From assembly GCF_006345805.1 (NCBI RefSeq), contig NW_021834101.1, positions 1 through 26,582 of the forward strand: a stretch of 26,582 nt of DNA. Reading direction: 5' to 3'. A program made the position numbers and the translations under genes. Source of the DNA: Octopus sinensis (Eukaryota). A model generated the notes under the pieces. The model had not been told where the DNA came from. It made no database searches and saw nothing but the letters and a program-made list of their open reading frames with translations. This document shows, piece after piece, positions 20,631-26,582 of this stretch (position 1 is the first letter of the stretch; every line of letters starts with the position of its first letter).

Positions 20631-20972
20631 TTCTTTTACTCTCTTTTACTTGTTTCAGTCATTTGACTGCGGCCATGCTGGAGCACCGCCTTTAATCGAG
20701 CAACTCGACCCCGGGACTTATTCTTTGTGAGCCCAGTACTTATTCTATCGGTCTCTTTTGCCGAACCGCTAAGTGACGGGGACATAAACACACCAGCATC
20801 GGTTGTCAAGCGATGCTGGGGGACAAACACAGACATACAAACATACACGCACACACATATATATCCATATATACGATGGGCTTCTTTCAGTTTCCGTCTA
20901 CCAAATCCACTCACAAGGCTTTGGTCGGCCCGAGGCTATAGTAGAAGACACTTGCCCAAGGTGCCACGCAGT
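20631..20972 (-). mobile_element. SINE family B, young 5'-truncated copy
   Basis: Near-identical to 25880-26340. Tail (CTTTTA)n.CTTGTTTCAGTCATTTGACTGCGGCCATGCTGGAGCACCGCC; stops at GTGCCACGCAGT before the head. Confidence 0.9.
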
Positions 20973-21019
20973 TTGTTTAATTTTCTGACAGAAGTTTATA
21001 AAATTCTTACATACATTCA

Positions 21020-21186
21020 TACATACAACGGGGTTCTTAGAGTTTCCGTTTGCCAAATCCACTTTCAAAAGATTTGGTAAGCCGAAGTCTAGAGGAGAGG
21101 ACATTTAGCCAAAGTACGACCCAGTGGGATTGAAGCTGGAACCACGTGATTGGAGAGTAAACTCCTTGCCACACAGCCACGCCTGC
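21020..21186 (-). mobile_element. SINE family B, old 5' half
   Basis: GTTTCCGTTTGCCAAATCCACT..CAGTGGGATTGAAGCTGGAACCACGTGATTGG..CCACACAGCCACGCCTGC. Confidence 0.7.
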
Positions 21187-21406
21187 GATTATGAATAGAA
21201 TACGAGCTCATCAGGATATTTATTACAAGAGAATTCATTGATTACAAACTCGGTTGTAATACACGCACACTTATATAATAATTTTATATATCTTTTGCAT
21301 AACTTCATCACGTTACAATACGCCATTTGGTGTTGTATATAGTTGTAATATTCTATATTTAAGAGTGAACTCGAGCGATAACATCTTAAACCCCCATATA
21401 TATATG

Positions 21407-21451
<45 letters not shown>

Positions 21452-22276
21452 CATGTATGTATGTATGCATACATAAATTTGTGTGTACGTATGCATATGT
21501 TTGTAATAAACATGCACGCACTAATACATCTGTTCTTCGCTCCTAAAATATCATTCATTCTATTAGTCGTCAGGTCCCGAAAAAAACACTACGGAAAAGA
21601 AGAATGATTTGAAAATCATTGCAACCGGCTCTTTTTTTAAAAAAGTTATATCTATTTCTTATCTATTGAAATCGCTTACATATCACTGTATCTCTCCTGT
21701 CTCTCTCTCTCCTCTCTCTCTCTCTCATTATATTCGCTTGTCCATTTTGCTGGCTTCTCTATTTTTCGTTCTCCTGGAAAGAAAAAAATAACGATATCTT
21801 CGCTCCAACAATTCTGTATTTAAATGCTAGCCATCTGTCTGTTGTACACTAATTTTCCTCATGTGAATTTGTTCTGTTGTCTATCATAGACGTTTTTTTG
21901 CATTTTTAATGCTTCTATTTTATAATATATATTATTTTTTATGCCCGAATCCTGTAGCAGTTTGCTGACATCTTGTTCAATCCATCAATTAATCTTTTAT
22001 TACGTCTGAATATGTATTTCTCTTCAAATATTTATTACTGCATTTTGCCAAATATTTTCAGTATGATCGATCTTGTGTATAAACATGCAGGTCTGTTTGT
22101 ATTTGAGTGTGTGTGTGTATATGTGTATGTATGCATGAATGACTGGAAGTATGTATGTCTCAGTCTATTTTCTATTGTCCTATAAACATATATATATATG
22201 CTTGCATACGTACATGCCTGTGCATACATACAGTGTGCATACGCACACACACACGCGCATATATATATATATTATA

Positions 22277-22307
<31 letters not shown>

Positions 22308-22591
22308 GATATATATATAATATATATGTATATATATATATATATGTTATGTATACATAATATATACCTATGTATATCATATTTACTAATGCATACGTAT
22401 TGAAAGATTGGCAAACATATAAATAGACATATCTATATCCATACATATATGTGTGTATTTGAAAAAGATATATTTGTTTGTATTCACATTTGTGTGTACT
22501 TGTGTCTCGATTCATTTCACATACCATAATGGAATATTTCGTACGACTATAGCATTTGAAAGCTAATGTATATATAACCATGAGTTGTATG

Positions 22592-22630
<39 letters not shown>

Positions 22631-23001
22631 TATATATATATATATCACACACATATATATATATATCTGTAAAGCCAGTCACCACATCAAAGTGGCTACT
22701 AATTTACTATTAGTTCAACCCCAGGCAGATTCTTGTCCAGCTCGTTATCGGTACGACTCTGCAATATATTGTTCGTAGGTGGAGCGAATCCCTACCACTC
22801 TCTTTATATATATTGCTAATCTCTCTCTATATAAATTTTTTATCTATCTCCCTCTCTGTCCACTGCTCCACCAGATCAGATCATCAACTCAAATTTTACA
22901 AGGTAATTGTATTAGACCCCACGAATGCCAACATGTAAATTTTATTTTCATTTGCATTAAAACAATATAACATTTTCTCAAAAAAAATATTTCTATAGTC
23001 A

Positions 23002-23330
23002 TCTATAATAAAGGACATTTTATACCACAACGACGATGACCTCCCCCACCACCACCACACATTTTGTATATGAGTGTGTATGTGCCTGAGTGTGTGTATA
23101 TTTGTGCGTTCGTTACGTACGATATAGTAAAGGACATTTTATACCATGACGACGACATATTTTGTATATGAGTGTATATGTATCTGTGAGTGTGTGTGTG
23201 TTTGCACTTTTGTTATGTACCACATAGTAAAGGACATTTTATACCACAACCACCACCACCACCATGTCACATTTTGTATATGAGTGTGTATGCGTTTGTC
23301 AGCGTGTGTGTTTTGCGTTCTTTACGTAAA
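23002..23330 (+). repeat. Three ~100-120-bp tandem units, candidate Helitron left end
   Basis: AAAGGACATTTTATACCA recurs at ~23010, ~23129 and ~23228, each followed by (CAC/GAC)n, ATTTTGTATATGAGTGT and a TG-rich tract. The array starts A|TCTATAATAAA, like a Helitron 5'-TC terminus. Confidence 0.7.
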
Positions 23331-23412
23331 TGTATGTCTATATGTGTCTGTCTTAGTATAGGTATGTGAGTGTATGTGTGTGTCAGCGTATGTAAGTGTG
23401 TGTGTGATTGTC

Positions 23413-23905
23413 AATTACACTGAAGTAAATTGGGTGTGTGAAAGAGCTATACTGGCTCCATAAACTCAATCAAGAACTTCACAAGTTAACAGATACATCA
23501 GAAATGACATTTCCATTAATTTACACAACAGTCGACTAAGATCAGGGTGTTTAATAGCCTGTTGAATTTCTTGAACACACTTGAACCCACTGGGATGCCA
23601 CCGCGTAACTTGACACTAAAGCTGGATGCTCCATTTATGTTGCTTAGGCACCACGACTCACCTCGCTTCTATAATGGAACTCGCTTAATTGTTACTTCTA
23701 TGAAGCCCCATGTCCTACAGGCAACAATCATAACAGGTAGTCACAAAGAAGAAAATGTCTTTATTCCAAAATTTCCTCTTATACCTACAGATGTTCCATT
23801 TGAATTTGAGATGCTTCAGTTTCCAGTCAAACTAAGTCTTGGTATTTCAATTAACAAATCTCAGGGTCAATCCCTCAAGGTTGTTGGACTTCATCTCTCT
23901 CCTAC
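23413..23905 (+). pseudogene. Decayed Helitron RepHel PIF1-like helicase C-terminal segment
   Basis: Three frames give NYTEVNWVCERAILAP* / TTVD*DQGV**PVEF / LNTLEPTGMPPRNLTLKLDAPFMLLRHHDSPRFYNGTRLIVTSMKPHVLQATIITGSHKEENVFIPKFPLIPTDVPFEFEMLQFPVKLSLGISINKSQGQSLKVVGLHL. These match Helitron helicase motifs (RAILAP, EFLNSLEPSGMPPH.L.LK, LCNGTRL, FIPRIPLIP, LQFPVRL.FA.SINKSQGQSL). Confidence 0.92.
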
Positions 23906-23909
23906 ATGC

Positions 23910-24060
23910 TGCTTACGTTCTGAGTTCAAATTCCGCCGAAGTCGACATTCGGGGTCGATGAAATTAAGTACCAGTTGCGTACTGAGGCCGATCTAATCGA
24001 CTAGCCCCTGTCCCCTGCCCCAAAATTTCGAGCCTTGTGCCTAGAGTAGAAAATAATATT
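23910..24060 (+). mobile_element. SINE family C, 5'-truncated, abutting the Helitron helicase fragment
   Basis: B-box GAGTTCAAATTCCGCCG, then GGGGTCGATGAAATTAAGTACCAGTTGCGTACTG..CAAAATTTCGAGCCTTGTGCCTAGAGTAGAAA and an AT-rich tail. It supplies the non-helicase C-terminus of ORF 23547-23996. Confidence 0.8.
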
Positions 24061-24356
24061 AATTAATAAATCAATGAGAAAGAAGAAAAGAGCAACAAAA
24101 TCGCACACGTTAGTTAGCAACTGTTTCGGCTACAAGGAACAGACATAGTGTATTAATTAATTAATATATTTACATTAATTAATATATATATATTGACGTT
24201 TTAAGAATTTGAAAGGTTTCGAGAGATCGTGAAATAATTCGTGTTTGGAATAAGATCTCAAAGCACATAATATTTGTAGCATTTATGTACTTCGAGATCC
24301 AATTCAAAACAAAATGTATGAGTGTTTGTGTGTGTGTGTGTATTTCTATGTGCGTG

Positions 24357-24513
24357 TTTATGCATGTATGTTTGCATGAATGTATGTATGTATGTATGTA
24401 TGTATGTATGTATGTATGTATGTATGATGTATGTATGTATGTATGTATGTATGTAAGCATGAATGTATGCATGTCTGTCTGTCTGCCTGTATGTATGTAT
24501 GTATGTATGTATG

Positions 24514-24544
<31 letters not shown>

Positions 24545-24601
24545 GCATGAATGTATGCATGTCTGTCTGTCTGCCTGTATGTATGTATGTATGTATGTAT
24601 G

Positions 24602-24632
<31 letters not shown>

Positions 24633-24695
24633 GCATGAATGTATGCATGTCTGTCTGTCTGCCTGTATGTATGTATGTATGTATGTATGTATGCA
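24357..24695. repeat. Interrupted (GTAT)n array containing an 88-bp unit repeated in tandem
   Basis: GTAAGCATGAATGTATGCATGTCTGTCTGTCTGCCT starts at 24453, 24541 and 24629. Confidence 0.92.
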
Positions 24696-24930
24696 TACGC
24701 TCGTTCACAGCGATAAAAAAAGATTCATTAGCTAAATAAATTACTCACACCGTCAAAAACGAAGTAATTTACGTTTGTTTAAGTGCAATTTGCAAACTGC
24801 AGTATTGTTTCGGGCCGATGACCTCGTCAGAATCTACTGTTTGGATAAATATGGCAGCATTAGTTCTATAGATGAAAAGGCATCACAGCCGATAGAATTA
24901 AAGGAAATTCAAAAAGAGAAGGGCAGGGTT

Positions 24931-25132
24931 GATGATGATGATGAGGAAGAAGAAGAAGAAGAAGAAGAAGAAGAAGAAGAAGAAGAAGAAGAAGAAGAAG
25001 AAGAAGAAGAAGAAGAAGAAGAAGGGGAGAAGAAGAAGAAGAAGAAGAGAAGAAGAAGAAGAAGAAGAAGAAGAAGAAGAAGAAGAAGAAGAAGAAGAAG
25101 AAGAAGAAGAAGAAGAAGAAGAAGAAGAAGAA
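24931..25132. repeat. (GAT)n-(GAA)n tract of ~200 bp with two frame-shifting interruptions
   Basis: Direct reading; source of the poly-E/K/R/S/F/L ORFs. Confidence 0.97.
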
Positions 25133-25879
25133 CATAGGAAAGCAAGTGGAATGGGAGTTTGAATGCACGTGGTGTTAGAATAATAACCGTTTTCCTATCA
25201 GAACCTTGAATAGAGGAGTTTGAAAATTCAAATTTTTAGCATAAACAGAATTAAAGTAAATAAAATAGCTTGTTGAATAGATAAGGGGGAAACTAGAGGT
25301 AATTATTCCGATAGAACTTTATTGAAATATTAAAGATGAATCGTTATAATTAATAACTGGGTGTTGTAAAGTTAATTAGGAGTTATTAATTATATTTATA
25401 TAAAGGAATCAGAAATAGTGTCTGGATAATGAATAACACATAATTATAAAAGGTTTAATTTATGGCAATTTTAAAGGGAAAATTTTTCAAAAGTGTATAT
25501 TAGGTAAATAAATAAATAAACAAATAAATATAGCGTTATTTGTTATAATGAGTGAGTAAGGTGCGCGTAAATCACCAGGAATAAGATAAGGATTAAAGAT
25601 AAGGATAAAATGGATGAGAAGAATGGTAAGTCATTTCAACAAATAGGGGTGCAATGATGTTGTAATGTTAATAAATTGATTCTCATCCAAGGCATGTGTA
25701 AAGAATGAAGAGTCACAGAATACGACGTAAACTGCTGTGCGAAAATTTGACGTTCTTAAAATTAGACAGGCAAAAGAGTAGAGTGGGAGGTAGAAAAATA
25801 AATTGACAGAAATAGTGAACAAATCATTTGTATCTATACACACACACACACACACACACAAATACACACGCGCGCGTTC

Positions 25880-26085
25880 TTTTATTCTTTTATTTGTTTC
25901 AGTCATTTGACTGCGGCCATGCTAGAGCACCGCCTTTAGTCAAACAAATCGACCCCAGTACTTATTCTTTGTAAGCCTTGTACTTATTCTATCGGTCACT
26001 TTTGCCGAACCACTAAGTTACGGGGACGTAAACACACTAACATCGGTTGTCAAGCGATGTTGGGAGGACAAACACAGACACACAA

Positions 26086-26122
<37 letters not shown>

Positions 26123-26162
26123 CATACATCATATATATATATATTATATATATATAATATAT

Positions 26163-26194
<32 letters not shown>

Positions 26195-26340
26195 CGACGT
26201 GCTTCTTTCAGTTTCCGTCTACCAAATCCACTCACAAGGCTTTGGTAGGCCCGAGGCTATAGTTGAAGACACCTGCCCAAGGTGCCACGCAGTGGAATTG
26301 AACCCGAACCATGCGGTTGATAAGCAAGCTACTTACCATA
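25880..26340 (-). mobile_element. SINE family B, near full-length, with expanded central (CA)n(TA)n
   Basis: Tail, body and head all align with 15951-16415 (reverse) and 20631-20972; microsatellite ~26072-26195. Confidence 0.9.
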
Positions 26341-26344
26341 TTTT

Positions 26345-26582
26345 TTTATCTTTATTCTTTTATCCTGTACTTGTTACAGTTTTGAGGCTGTGGCTATGCT
26401 GGGGCACCGCCCTGAAGAATGAATCGATTCCAGTATATATATATATATTTTTAAAGCCTGTACTTATTCGATGGTTCACTTTAAACGAATCGCTAAGTTA
26501 CGAAGACGGAAACACACCAACACCGGTTGTCAAGCGGTGGCAGGGGAAAAACGGACTCAAACACATATACATACATACATAC
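26345..26582 (-). mobile_element. SINE family B older subfamily, 3' half running off the window
   Basis: CTTGTTACAGTTTTGAGGCTGTGGCTATGCTGGGGCACCGCC..GTACTTATTCGATGG..CTAAGTTACGAAGACG..CACCGGTTGTCAAGCGGTGG. Confidence 0.75.

Noticed and set aside
23906-23996. Novel C-terminal extension of the helicase ORF (CCLRSEFKFRRSRHSGSMKLSTSCVLRPI)
   Set aside because: Read-through into an inserted SINE C copy; the upstream helicase is frameshifted and stop-ridden, so no functional fusion is likely.
24100-24155. Possible Helitron 3' terminus (..GACATAGT)
   Set aside because: No convincing subterminal GC hairpin, and CATAG rather than CTRR.
25631-25906. 91-aa minus-strand ORF with partly complex sequence
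   Set aside because: It starts within a SINE B tail and crosses a (TG)n tract; the remainder has no recognisable homology.

Overview
AT-rich, extremely microsatellite-dense eukaryotic non-coding DNA (intronic or intergenic). It is most likely from an octopus; this is inferred from my recall of octopod tRNA-derived SINE families and was not verified by search. No intact protein-coding gene is supportable: nearly all ORFs in the track are translations of (TA)n/(CA)n/(GATA)n/(ATAC)n/(GAA)n arrays or of SINEs. Recognisable content: three tRNA-headed SINE families (here called A, B, C; about 18 copies or fragments), decayed 3' ends of an RTE-clade and a CR1/L2-group LINE, two copies of a short RTE-derived non-autonomous element, a decayed Helitron helicase segment with a tandem-repeat left end, a 378-bp TA-flanked MITE, two other fold-back elements and a higher-order minisatellite. 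The most interesting signal is a minimal type I hammerhead ribozyme motif with a palindromic (dimerising) stem III at 15469-15514, which appears to be the 3' module of a tRNA-headed SINE-like element. Second is a LINE fragment whose 3' tail matches SINE family B, pointing to its autonomous partner.
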